Positions 20,524-30,066 of a stretch of 62,205 nt of DNA are shown in pieces. How positions within the stretch are numbered: position 1 is the first letter of the stretch; each line of letters opens with the position of its first letter. Below the pieces are notes generated by a model. The model had not been told where the DNA came from, did not search any database, and saw only the letters and a program-made list of their open reading frames with translations. The stretch lies in the sequence record SRR33789315_68; one strand, given 5' to 3'. The translations under genes were made by a program, and so were the position numbers.

Positions 20524-21432
20524 ATGGAAACTGGATTTGAGTTTTCGATACCAGAAAGAAAAAGCAAGGAAATTAGTCTTGCTGAAGCTGGTAAAATTAT
20601 GGCCAGCAAAAAAAGAGTATCGATTACGGGTTCTCAAGTGCTCAATACGCCGATGGCATTAATTCGGGAATTGATTCGAAGCGGGGCCAATGGCCTAACC
20701 GTTATTCCCTCTATTGATGCTGGTATTTCAGTCGATTTATTGATTGCAGCAGGGGTGATCGATACCCTTTATGTCTCTTATGTTGGGTTTGAAACACAGG
20801 GACTAGCACCCGCATTTAGAACAGCAGCACAGAAAAAAAGCATTAATATCATTGAAGCGGACGAACCCTTTATTGTATTAGGGTGTCGGGCTGCAGCGGG
20901 TGGTATGCCATTTATACCTATTAAAGGGGTATACGAGCCCACGGCATTGGCAGAATTGAATAGCCAATTAAAAAGGGTCATCGATCCCTTTACTGGGGAT
21001 GAAATGTTTGCTATTCCCCCGCTTAAGTCTGATTTATGTATCGTTCATGCTCAAGAGGTGGACCAATATGGTAATGCCCAACTGTGGGGCGGAAATGGAC
21101 AGGAATATGATCGTGTTAGTGCCGCAGACTATGTCATTGTTAGCGCGGAACGGATCATTAGTGTTGACCAAACCCGCAAATATCCAGAGAAAGTAACCTT
21201 GCCAGGACACATGGTGAATGCCGTAGTGCATGCGCCCTATGGTGCCCACCCGACAATTTCTCCATATAACTATATTGAAGACAGAAAGCATCTCGATTTA
21301 TACGTCGATTTAGTTAAAAACGGCCGCCATGAAGAATATCTTGAACGTTTTGTTTACCAAGCAAAAACTCAAGCTGATTATCTAGCACAAGTGGGCTTAC
21401 AGGATATTCTTGCTTTGCAACGTATGGTCTAG
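20524..21432 (+). CDS. Class I CoA-transferase-fold subunit A (GctA/IpdA-like)
   Basis: PMALIRELIR; RAAAGGMPFIP; DPFTG; HAQEVDQYGN; APYGAHP. Confidence 0.88.
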   Translation: METGFEFSIPERKSKEISLAEAGKIMASKKRVSITGSQVLNTPMALIRELIRSGANGLTVIPSIDAGISVDLLIAAGVIDTLYVSYVGFETQGLAPAFRTAAQKKSINIIEADEPFIVLGCRAAAGGMPFIPIKGVYEPTALAELNSQLKRVIDPFTGDEMFAIPPLKSDLCIVHAQEVDQYGNAQLWGGNGQEYDRVSAADYVIVSAERIISVDQTRKYPEKVTLPGHMVNAVVHAPYGAHPTISPYNYIEDRKHLDLYVDLVKNGRHEEYLERFVYQAKTQADYLAQVGLQDILALQRMV

Positions 21433-21474
21433 AACGCATTTTATCGTTAACGAAGAATTTAAGGAGATAGGAAT

Positions 21475-22299
21475 ATGGCCGAATTTGCTAAGCCCGACAC
21501 CGAAAAATACAGCATGGCAGAATTAATGGCCGTGGAAATGTCACGTAATCTTGCTGATGATGATGGTTGCTTAGGAGGGGTTGGCGCTGCGGCTACGATC
21601 CCCATGGCAGCGATAAGGTTAGCAACATTAACCGTCGCGCCTAATATAAATTGGTTTTGCGGCAGCAGCAGCGGAATGAATCCACAATTTAGTGAACTAC
21701 CTTTGACTTCTGCCGATCCAAAAGCCCTAGTCGGCGCAGAAGCCACAAAACGTATGGCTGATATCGTGGATATGGGTATGACGGGGAAGTGGCGGTTTGG
21801 CTTTCATGGCGGCATGCAAATCGACAAGTTTGGCAACAGTAATATGATTGGTATTGGTAAACCTTACGAGCAAATGAAAGTGCGGGGGCCAGGTGCCGTA
21901 GGCACACCATGGGGCGGAAGAATAGAAAAGTCATATTTATTTACTTGGCATCATAACCCTAGGGTTTTTGTGGAAAAGGTCGACTATATATGTTCGCCCG
22001 GATTTTTAAATGGTGGTGAAAGCCGCTGGGAACATATAGATAGAAAATCACTTGGGCCTATCTATATTTATACACCAATCTGCGTATTTGATTTTGATAA
22101 GAGTAGTAAAGCTGTTCGCTTAAAGTCCGTGCATCCAGGCTATACAGTTGAAGACGTTGTAAAAAATACGGGATTCGACATTATTATCCCTGACGCAGTC
22201 CCTCAAACCGTTGCACCACAACCTCACGAATTGTTTTTATTGAGAACAATGGTAGATAAAACCGGAACCCTTAAAAAGGTGCGTTTGACCGTTAACTAA
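21475..22299 (+). CDS. Class I CoA-transferase-fold subunit B (GctB/IpdB-like)
   Basis: GGMQIDKFGNSN; FVEKVDYICSPG; SVHPGYTVEDVVKNTGF. Confidence 0.88.
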   Translation: MAEFAKPDTEKYSMAELMAVEMSRNLADDDGCLGGVGAAATIPMAAIRLATLTVAPNINWFCGSSSGMNPQFSELPLTSADPKALVGAEATKRMADIVDMGMTGKWRFGFHGGMQIDKFGNSNMIGIGKPYEQMKVRGPGAVGTPWGGRIEKSYLFTWHHNPRVFVEKVDYICSPGFLNGGESRWEHIDRKSLGPIYIYTPICVFDFDKSSKAVRLKSVHPGYTVEDVVKNTGFDIIIPDAVPQTVAPQPHELFLLRTMVDKTGTLKKVRLTVN

Positions 22300-22314
22300 T
22301 AAGAGAGTGTAAAC

Positions 22315-23853
22315 ATGTATATTGGAGATTTACTTACCCAAACAGCAAGAAATTATCCGGATAAAGTGGGAGTGATTTGGCAAGAAAAACGTATTTCATG
22401 GGCGCAATTAAATACCAAGGTAAATAAGCTGAGTCGTGCATTATTAGCCTTAGGTCTTGCACCAGGCAGCCGTGTCGCTTTTGTTTTGGATAATGGTCCT
22501 GAAATTATTGAATTATATTATGCCATCGCCAAAGCTGGTTTAGTCGCAGCTCCCATAATGCCACGCTCTGTTGGTCGTGAAATTGCCCACATTGTTAATA
22601 ATGTCGAGGCAAAACTAGTGTTTGTCAGTGAACAATTTGAATCTCTGGTGGCTGACGCAAGCACAGAATTCAAACATGCGGTTAAAACCATAGGGATTGG
22701 TAATACGCCTGGATTGCAGTTGGATTATGAAACCCTGATAGCGGCCCAAGTAGGAGAAGAGCCTGTTATAGACATTGCGGCTGATGCGTTATATGCCATT
22801 ATTCATACCAGTGGTACAACGGGTTTCCCCAAAGGTTGTATGTTGAGCCACAGTGCTAAAATTTTCAGTCGTTTGACGGCAGTCGCACAGACCCCTCACT
22901 TAGGTGATGACAAGGGTCTGATCTACATGCCATTAGCCACCAGTTTAGGCGCTGATATGATGCATAACTATGTGATGACCGGTGTTCCATTTGTCTTAAT
23001 GCCTAAGTTTGATGAAATAGGTTTGTTACAATTAGTACAGGACGAAAAAATCACCTTGATCAATGTCATTGAATCTACATTTGACCGATTAGTTGCAAGG
23101 GATGATCTCGATAAATATGATTTAAGCAGTTTGCGCTTTTTTATGGCAACCAGCGCTACACGTGATACTTCGACGGGAATTCAGCGTCTTAATGCCCTTA
23201 AAAACTTTAGCGCTAAATTTTGGAATGGTTATGGTTGCACGGAAGGAGGTGGTTGGTTATCGCATATAGACGGTAATGATTTAAGTTTGGCCGCAGCTAA
23301 TCCTGCGCATAAGCATTTACTCAAATCTATTGGTCGCGAAGCACTGATGTGTCGCGTGGAATGTCTGGATGTAAATGGAAAGGTTTTACCGCCAAATGAA
23401 ATTGGTGAATTGGCATTTTATTCACCCCAGTTATTTGTTGGTTACTGGAACGATCCAGTTAAAACAGAGGAAACTTTGGTTAATGGTGGATTGAGAACGG
23501 GGGACTTGGGGCGTAAAGATAAAGATGGCTACATCTACCTCGAAGGGCGCATGAAAGATATGATTAAATCTGGTGGCATAAATGTTTATCCTGCCGAGAT
23601 TGAAGGGGTACTACGCGACCATCCTGACGTGAAAGAAGTCGCGGTAGTTGGTATACCTGATGCTGAATGGGGTGAAAAAGTTGTGGCCTGTATCGTTGCC
23701 AGAGGACACTGTGATGAACAGTCATTAGTTTCATTATGTGAAAAAGAATTAGCTGGATTTAAACGGCCTAAAACCTTTGTTTTTATGGATAGTTTTCCTA
23801 AAGATGTTGTTGGGAAAGTACTTAAACGTGAAATTCGCGACTGTCTATATTGA
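22315..23853 (+). CDS. Acyl/aryl-CoA ligase (AMP-binding family)
   Basis: HTSGTTGFPKG; GYGCTE; TGDLG; GRMKDMIKSGGINVYPAEIE; GKVLK. Confidence 0.92.
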   Translation: MYIGDLLTQTARNYPDKVGVIWQEKRISWAQLNTKVNKLSRALLALGLAPGSRVAFVLDNGPEIIELYYAIAKAGLVAAPIMPRSVGREIAHIVNNVEAKLVFVSEQFESLVADASTEFKHAVKTIGIGNTPGLQLDYETLIAAQVGEEPVIDIAADALYAIIHTSGTTGFPKGCMLSHSAKIFSRLTAVAQTPHLGDDKGLIYMPLATSLGADMMHNYVMTGVPFVLMPKFDEIGLLQLVQDEKITLINVIESTFDRLVARDDLDKYDLSSLRFFMATSATRDTSTGIQRLNALKNFSAKFWNGYGCTEGGGWLSHIDGNDLSLAAANPAHKHLLKSIGREALMCRVECLDVNGKVLPPNEIGELAFYSPQLFVGYWNDPVKTEETLVNGGLRTGDLGRKDKDGYIYLEGRMKDMIKSGGINVYPAEIEGVLRDHPDVKEVAVVGIPDAEWGEKVVACIVARGHCDEQSLVSLCEKELAGFKRPKTFVFMDSFPKDVVGKVLKREIRDCLY

Positions 23854-24095
23854 TTGACATGAAAAAGGGAGCTGTCAGACTAACTAATCATCCCTGAATT
23901 ATTCAATTTTTTCACTCAGGCAGCTCGAGCGCCTGAGTGCATTAAAGAGTATAGTGTCTTAGTCGATATAAACTCCGTCAGCGTATTACTAACAGTGTAT
24001 TCTGAGCCATACCAACCACTCACAATGTAACATTCTCTCTTAATTGGCCGTTTAGCCCCCTCATATTCCGCCCCTACTTGCCCGTTAATGGCATA

Positions 24096-25209
24096 ATACC
24101 AATTATCAATGATTTGTGATCTAATTGCGCAACGGCTTACTCAATGATTTTTGTCACTTGAAACTTGATACATCACAACATCTATTAACATTGTCCAGAG
24201 CAGAAGCGAACGCACCTAAGCGGCTTCGCTTGTTAGCGTTATCCCATTTTCTTGGGGGTAAAAACCGAACCCAAATTGCCCTTAGCCTTAAAGTCAGTCG
24301 GCGCAGTGTGAATAAGTGGGTAGCCGATTATTTATCAGATGGATTAGCAGGCTTGGAAGCGAAAAAGGCCCCAGGCCGCGCTTGCCCTTTATCAATAAAA
24401 CAGCGAGAGCAATTATTTGACTATATCGACAAGCAAAGTCGCAGTACAAAGGGAGGACGCTTAACAGGTGAAGCGATCAGACTCTATGTGGCTGAGCAAT
24501 TTCAGATACATTATCATCCGACTGCCATATACAAGCTACTCCATTTATTGGGGTTCAGTTGGATAACCAGCCGTTCAAAGCACCCGAAGCAATCTCAGGA
24601 AGCGCAAGACGAATTTAAAAAAACTACAAATTGAAACGATCCAATTGATCCCGGGGCATATCACGTTGGATAAGGTCGATTTTTGGTTTCAAGATGAAGC
24701 CAGAGTCGGCCAGCAAAATACGACAACCCGCTTATGGGCACAAAAGGGCAGTCGTCCTCGCGCGGTCAAACAGCAACAATTTGAGTACGCTTATCTATTT
24801 GGTGCTGTCTGTCCTACTAACGGGCGGACGGAAGCGATTCTAGCCCCTTGGGTTAATAAAGACATGATGAAACAACATCTTGAGTTGATCTCAGCGGCGA
24901 CGGAGGCAGGACGTCACGCGGTGGTGATAATGGATGGTGCGGGCTGGCACACGGATGATATTGCCAAGGACATAGCTAATCTCAGTATTATTAAATTACC
25001 GCCGTATTCACCCGAATTGAATCCGATTGAGCAAGTATGGAGTTGGCTACGTCAACACCACTTGGCAAATCGCTGTTTTAAGTCATATGACGATATACTC
25101 GACGCTTGCACCGCGGCATGGAATGACTTTGTTGCTGACTTGAAACGCGTCACCCAAATGTGCAATAGAGACTGGTTGGACATGAGCAACACTTAAAACG
25201 AAATGGTAT
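24096..25209 (+). mobile_element. IS630-family insertion sequence
   Basis: Short terminal IRs ATACCAATT / AAATGGTAT with TA dinucleotides at the ends; encloses a split transposase. Confidence 0.88.
24125..25196 (+). CDS. IS630 transposase in two ORFs (HTH 24125-24634; DDE 24645-25196) joined at an A7 run
   Basis: HTH region; FQDEAR, MDGAGWH, LPPYSPELNPIEQVW triad; TTTAAAAAAAC at 24614-24624. Confidence 0.9.
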
Positions 25210-25582
25210 AACTGCCCTACCCTCAATCTGTTCAGAAAACTCGTCAGAAATTGGCTTTTCAGCGCTGTATCTCAGTCTGCCGCCTAGAGCAGTTAAGCCG
25301 AAACACTGGATATAAACCTAACACCAAACTTATTAGACATTTCTGCATCCCTATTTATATTATGCAATATATAAATAGCAAAATAAAGCGCACAATTTTG
25401 TTCATTCACTTAGTAAGTCAACCCGACTATCGACTCAGAACACAAAGTATTGGCCGCAATTCAAGAAATGACTACAAGGCTATATTTCACCATCATGTGA
25501 AATATAACTTGTTCCAATTAAGTCTCGGTATTCCTCATTGAGTACATACAGAGCACTTTTACTCGTTGGGAAATATTCGCTT

Positions 25583-27373
25583 TTAGTGCCGCGAGGCCAC
25601 GCGAATAACTATAGATCCAGAGTAAGATCCTGCCTCAATAGGAGTCAATACACCATTGACTGTCATGCTTAAGCTTGCACCTTTTACTGCTTCAACGGTA
25701 GCCCCCTGTGCAATCACTAAGGCATTCAAATAGGAAGTTTTACTCACCATCCAACTAGAATCCCAGTCAAGAAACACTTTTAATTTTCCTAGATTAACAC
25801 TAGTACCATAGGTATTGACAACTTCACCTACGGTTCTAAATGTCTCGCGGGTGGGTTCCTGCCCCGATGCGGGATAAGACTCAGCCGTAGTCATTGCGCC
25901 GTTCAAAGTAGCATGTTGTAAATTAACTTTCATATTCCCCACAGCGGTCATGGCATGTACAACATCGCCTGCTAACTTAGTATTTTTGAATGTAACATTA
26001 ACGTCAGGACTAAACCCTCCGCTGCTAGCCCCTGGAATAATACCGTCACCAACATCTTGAGCTGGCATCGGCAACGCAGCATTGGCCATAATATCACGCA
26101 TGATGGGGTCGTCATTCTCCATCGACTGAATCAAAATACCATTACCTGCAAATAACTCTGCGTCATCTACCAGAATATCAGCGCCGCGCCCTTTCACTTG
26201 AATGGCTGTATTTTTGCTGTTGATTTTACTCTTTTTCTCTAACGTGATTAAGCTGCCTCCCGTACCTTGGTGCAACATCACCCCGAGTTTTTCTGAGTTA
26301 ATGATTGAACCATCAGTAAAAGTAGCCCAACCATTACCACCAACCACTAAACCAACATCCGGCACATTTAAGGTAGAAGCACTAAAATAATCATGCGAGT
26401 CGCCATTAGCATAGGCGCCATAACCACTACCAATAGTGTCGATTACACTCTTATTAACATACATACGTGTTGGTCCATCACCATCACTGGAAAGTACACC
26501 CCATCCATGAGAAATAATGTGACTATTATTATAATAAACTGTGCCTTTATCGACTAAGTTGGTAGCGCGTACATTACCACTCAAGCCCAAGCCATACGGC
26601 ACCTCAAGCATTTTCCCTGGTTCAATGGAAAATTTATAGTCCTCTGGTAAGGTGCCACTGAATGTTTCTATTGTTGAATCATTAACTATCATGGTGCTGT
26701 TACCACCAATAAATAATGCTGTTCTAGCGGCGCCTTTGGTTTTGATATCGGCATTGTTAATTGTTAATAGCGCGTTTCCACTCGACATAATGGCAGCACC
26801 TACACCAGCAAAATCATTGGCACCATTGCCCGTCATATCTACTTTTATGCCGTTGATGGTGTAATTTGAATTGCCAGTTACAACAACTCCATTAAAATTT
26901 TCTTCTTTCGAAACAATGTCTATGCCTTGTGCGGTTTCATTGTCAAATTTCGCTTTGCCTACGGCCGCAGTAACAGATTGTTCTGCTTGGTATTGCCCAT
27001 CATTGATCAGTAATCCGATACGAAAATGATAAGGTTGGTATTGGGTGCTGCTCATTAAAAATGAAAAATCGACTAAATATTCTTTAGTCGGAGTCAGTAC
27101 GATATCTCCCTGATATGAACCTGGCGAAATAGGCAGCCCTACGCCATCGACAGTGAGACTCAATTCAAAACCTTTAGGTGCTTGAATTAAGCCACCTAGA
27201 TGAATAACCAGCTCATCTAAAGTAGTTGTTTTATCGACCACCCACTGCGTTCCTGTTGCCACTGATTTGGCAGCTGCCTGACTTAAGGAAAGCGGTAATA
27301 GTGCTGCCATTGAAACGAGCAATAAGGAAGATAAAGTGTTCAACGTTTTTTGAAGATATTTTTGGGTAAACAT
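25583..27373 (-). CDS. Secreted protein with a probable right-handed beta-helix and duplicated terminal domain; function unknown
   Basis: Signal peptide ending SQA; Gly/Asn/Ser/Thr-rich beta-strand repeats; N- and C-terminal ~50-aa segments resemble each other. Confidence 0.75.
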   Translation of the reverse strand: MFTQKYLQKTLNTLSSLLLVSMAALLPLSLSQAAAKSVATGTQWVVDKTTTLDELVIHLGGLIQAPKGFELSLTVDGVGLPISPGSYQGDIVLTPTKEYLVDFSFLMSSTQYQPYHFRIGLLINDGQYQAEQSVTAAVGKAKFDNETAQGIDIVSKEENFNGVVVTGNSNYTINGIKVDMTGNGANDFAGVGAAIMSSGNALLTINNADIKTKGAARTALFIGGNSTMIVNDSTIETFSGTLPEDYKFSIEPGKMLEVPYGLGLSGNVRATNLVDKGTVYYNNSHIISHGWGVLSSDGDGPTRMYVNKSVIDTIGSGYGAYANGDSHDYFSASTLNVPDVGLVVGGNGWATFTDGSIINSEKLGVMLHQGTGGSLITLEKKSKINSKNTAIQVKGRGADILVDDAELFAGNGILIQSMENDDPIMRDIMANAALPMPAQDVGDGIIPGASSGGFSPDVNVTFKNTKLAGDVVHAMTAVGNMKVNLQHATLNGAMTTAESYPASGQEPTRETFRTVGEVVNTYGTSVNLGKLKVFLDWDSSWMVSKTSYLNALVIAQGATVEAVKGASLSMTVNGVLTPIEAGSYSGSIVIRVASRH

Positions 27374-27498
27374 AAGAGAATAAGCCTTAATAAATTGAAA
27401 AGTATTCAGTTTAAAGTAGCGACTCAGGTTAAATAGTTAAGCACTTAGTGATTAACTATTTCATATCAGAGTCAAAGAAATAAGTTTATTTATTGGGT

Positions 27499-29643
27499 TT
27501 AAAATTGATACGTGGCACTGATGCCAAAGGTGCGAGGCGCACCCACGACAGCCATTAGCGGCGTTGGGGGTGGGCCACCAGGGTTGGCTTGATTATGCAC
27601 CACTTCATTGGTGATATTTTTAACATACAGACTCAACCACCAATTAGTGTCTTGTGGTTCATATCGCAGTGAAGCATTAAATAATACATAAGGGGCTTGC
27701 TTCGCAGTAAACCAAGGTTGACCAGCGCCATCGTCTCCGGAACGATGTAAGTCGAGCCAATACCCGCTGTTATATTTAGCATCGAAGTTAGCCACTACTA
27801 TGCTATTGTTCGCCAGTTCCCACGTGTGGTTATAGCCTAATGAAGCCGTGTCCGACGGCGCATGGTTAAGCTCTCGTCCACCGAGTTCTTCACCATCAAA
27901 GCTTGCATCACCAAACTCACTTTTTTCTTTAGTCACAGAAAATTGCAGACGGTCATTGTCACTCAGCAGCCAAATACCTTCTAACTCAAGGCCAAACAAG
28001 GTAGTTGTGCTGGGAATATTTTGCTTAACAACTTCAATGACCGTTTCCCCTTCAAAGTCTGTAAATACAGGGGCATCAGCCACATAATTTTTCCAATTAT
28101 AATAAAAAGCCGCAAGGTTAAGCTGTAAGGTGCCATCGTTAAATCGGTTTTTACTGCCTAGCTCATAAGCGATGATGGTTTCTGGTTTCCAGCTAAAAAT
28201 AGTGCCAGTAGAGCCAGAAATAGTGGAACCACCTTGTTTGAAACCTGTAGAAACCGAAGCATATAACAATGATTCTGCAGCGATATCGTATTCAAGCCCG
28301 GCTTTATAAGTGGTTTTTGAATATTCTTCACTGGCAGCCAAAGTTTCCGATCTATCAACATAGTTAACCAAAGTATCTAGGTCGAATTGATCTTTGGTGT
28401 AACGTAAACCTCCGATTAAGCGCAGTGTTTCCGAGAGACTATACGTTGCTTGAGCATAGACAGCTGATGATTTATTAATGTCTATGCCAACCGTTTCTGC
28501 GCCAAATAGTGCGTTATCAACAATTTGTCCAGACGCATCACCTTTATACCAATATAGGCCGGTTACCCATTCCAAATCACCGTCGTCATTAGAAACCAGC
28601 CGCACTTCCATGGTTTTTTGTTTGAACGGGGTATCAGAGTCCTCCAAAATAGTGCCAAAAATTTGCGTGTATACACTGGAAAAATCTTGATAGGAAGGTA
28701 AAAAGGATAAGGTAGCCCAATCAAGATTAATATCTAGTTCAGCATAAATATTGATGTTTTTAGTGTCGGTAAACGGTATACATAAACGGTCAGTGCCTTC
28801 ACCACATCCACCTATGGTATTACCCTCTTCAGTAAAACTAAGACCTTTAAAACCCGTATTGAACACACCATTGCCAATACCTAATCCACCGTTTTTAAAA
28901 TACTCTATGCCAAGTAGCAAGCTCACATTTTCGTTCGGTTCAGTGAGTAATTTAATGCGCCCGGCGCTGGTATCAGCATCATTCAAACCACTATCTAAAT
29001 AGCCATCATGTTTGTCTTTTACCACGACTGCACGTAAGGCCGTCGACTCATTTAATGCAACGTTAGCGACTCCCTCCACATGATAAGCACCATAATTTCC
29101 TACCTGTACATTAACCGAACCATTATTTTCCCCTAGTTCAGGATTTTTGCTAATAATATTAACTGCGCCACCAATGGAGTTACGTCCATATAAGGTACCT
29201 TGGGGCCCTCTTAGCACTTCAATGCGCTCCACATCGACAAATGAAAAATTGGTCACCTCTCCTCTTGATTGAAAAACATTATCACTGTAGGTGGCCACTG
29301 AGGTATCCACTCCTGGGAAACGAGAACCAATACCCCGCACATAAAAACCTCCACTACGATTACTTTGTTGCTGTTCAACGCTAGGCATTAGTACAATCGC
29401 CGACACCAAATCGCTGCTACCATTAGCTAACAAATCTTTGCCTGTGACGGTAGATATTGCCACGCTCATTTCTTGAGTGCTTTCAGTACGTCGTTCTGAG
29501 GAAACAATAATTTTTTCGATACTGGTTTCTAATTTTCTGTTGTTTTCTGTGTTGTCTGGATTTTGCTGTGCTATGGCTGGCGCAAACCCCATAGCTAAAT
29601 ACAATGCACTTATTGTTGTGGATAAGGTAAATACGGTATGCAT
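27499..29643 (-). CDS. TonB-dependent receptor 4
   Basis: EKIIVSSERR; IEVLRGPQGTLYGRNSIGG; C-terminal YQF. Confidence 0.93.
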   Translation of the reverse strand: MHTVFTLSTTISALYLAMGFAPAIAQQNPDNTENNRKLETSIEKIIVSSERRTESTQEMSVAISTVTGKDLLANGSSDLVSAIVLMPSVEQQQSNRSGGFYVRGIGSRFPGVDTSVATYSDNVFQSRGEVTNFSFVDVERIEVLRGPQGTLYGRNSIGGAVNIISKNPELGENNGSVNVQVGNYGAYHVEGVANVALNESTALRAVVVKDKHDGYLDSGLNDADTSAGRIKLLTEPNENVSLLLGIEYFKNGGLGIGNGVFNTGFKGLSFTEEGNTIGGCGEGTDRLCIPFTDTKNINIYAELDINLDWATLSFLPSYQDFSSVYTQIFGTILEDSDTPFKQKTMEVRLVSNDDGDLEWVTGLYWYKGDASGQIVDNALFGAETVGIDINKSSAVYAQATYSLSETLRLIGGLRYTKDQFDLDTLVNYVDRSETLAASEEYSKTTYKAGLEYDIAAESLLYASVSTGFKQGGSTISGSTGTIFSWKPETIIAYELGSKNRFNDGTLQLNLAAFYYNWKNYVADAPVFTDFEGETVIEVVKQNIPSTTTLFGLELEGIWLLSDNDRLQFSVTKEKSEFGDASFDGEELGGRELNHAPSDTASLGYNHTWELANNSIVVANFDAKYNSGYWLDLHRSGDDGAGQPWFTAKQAPYVLFNASLRYEPQDTNWWLSLYVKNITNEVVHNQANPGGPPPTPLMAVVGAPRTFGISATYQF

Positions 29644-30024
29644 ATCGATGCCCTTTTTTCATTGCGGAAACACTTTTTTACCAGACAATGTAAAATTGCT
29701 GGCTCTATCAGCCACATAAATCCCACGATTGTTATTAATTCCTCATCGGCAAATTATTCAAGGGATCGCTCCCATACGAATTTAAAAATCGCACCCACAA
29801 TAAATACAACGAAGCAGATAAGTTAATATTTAGGTTTATTTATGTTAATGAAAAATCATATAGATCTGAGTCAGAAAGAAAAATTCGTTGTTTGGATGCT
29901 TTACATAAAATTAACAAATAAAGAATGATGTGAAAATTGTCCCAAATAGGTAAAGGCCCTCAAGCAACTTAAGTCAGTCTAACAAAGTGGCTTTATAAGG
30001 CTTGTTAGCAGGAATTGCAGGCAT

Positions 30025-30053
30025 AAAAAAGGCCATTTTAAAAATGGCCTTTT
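30025..30053 (-). terminator. Rho-independent terminator after TBDR5
   Basis: aaaaggccatttt-a-aaaatggcctttt; U-tract on the minus strand. Confidence 0.7.
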
Positions 30054-30066
30054 GGAACTGATGGAA

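Noticed and set aside
25251-25541. 96-aa ORF right of IS630
   Set aside because: TTG start, atypical composition and no motifs.
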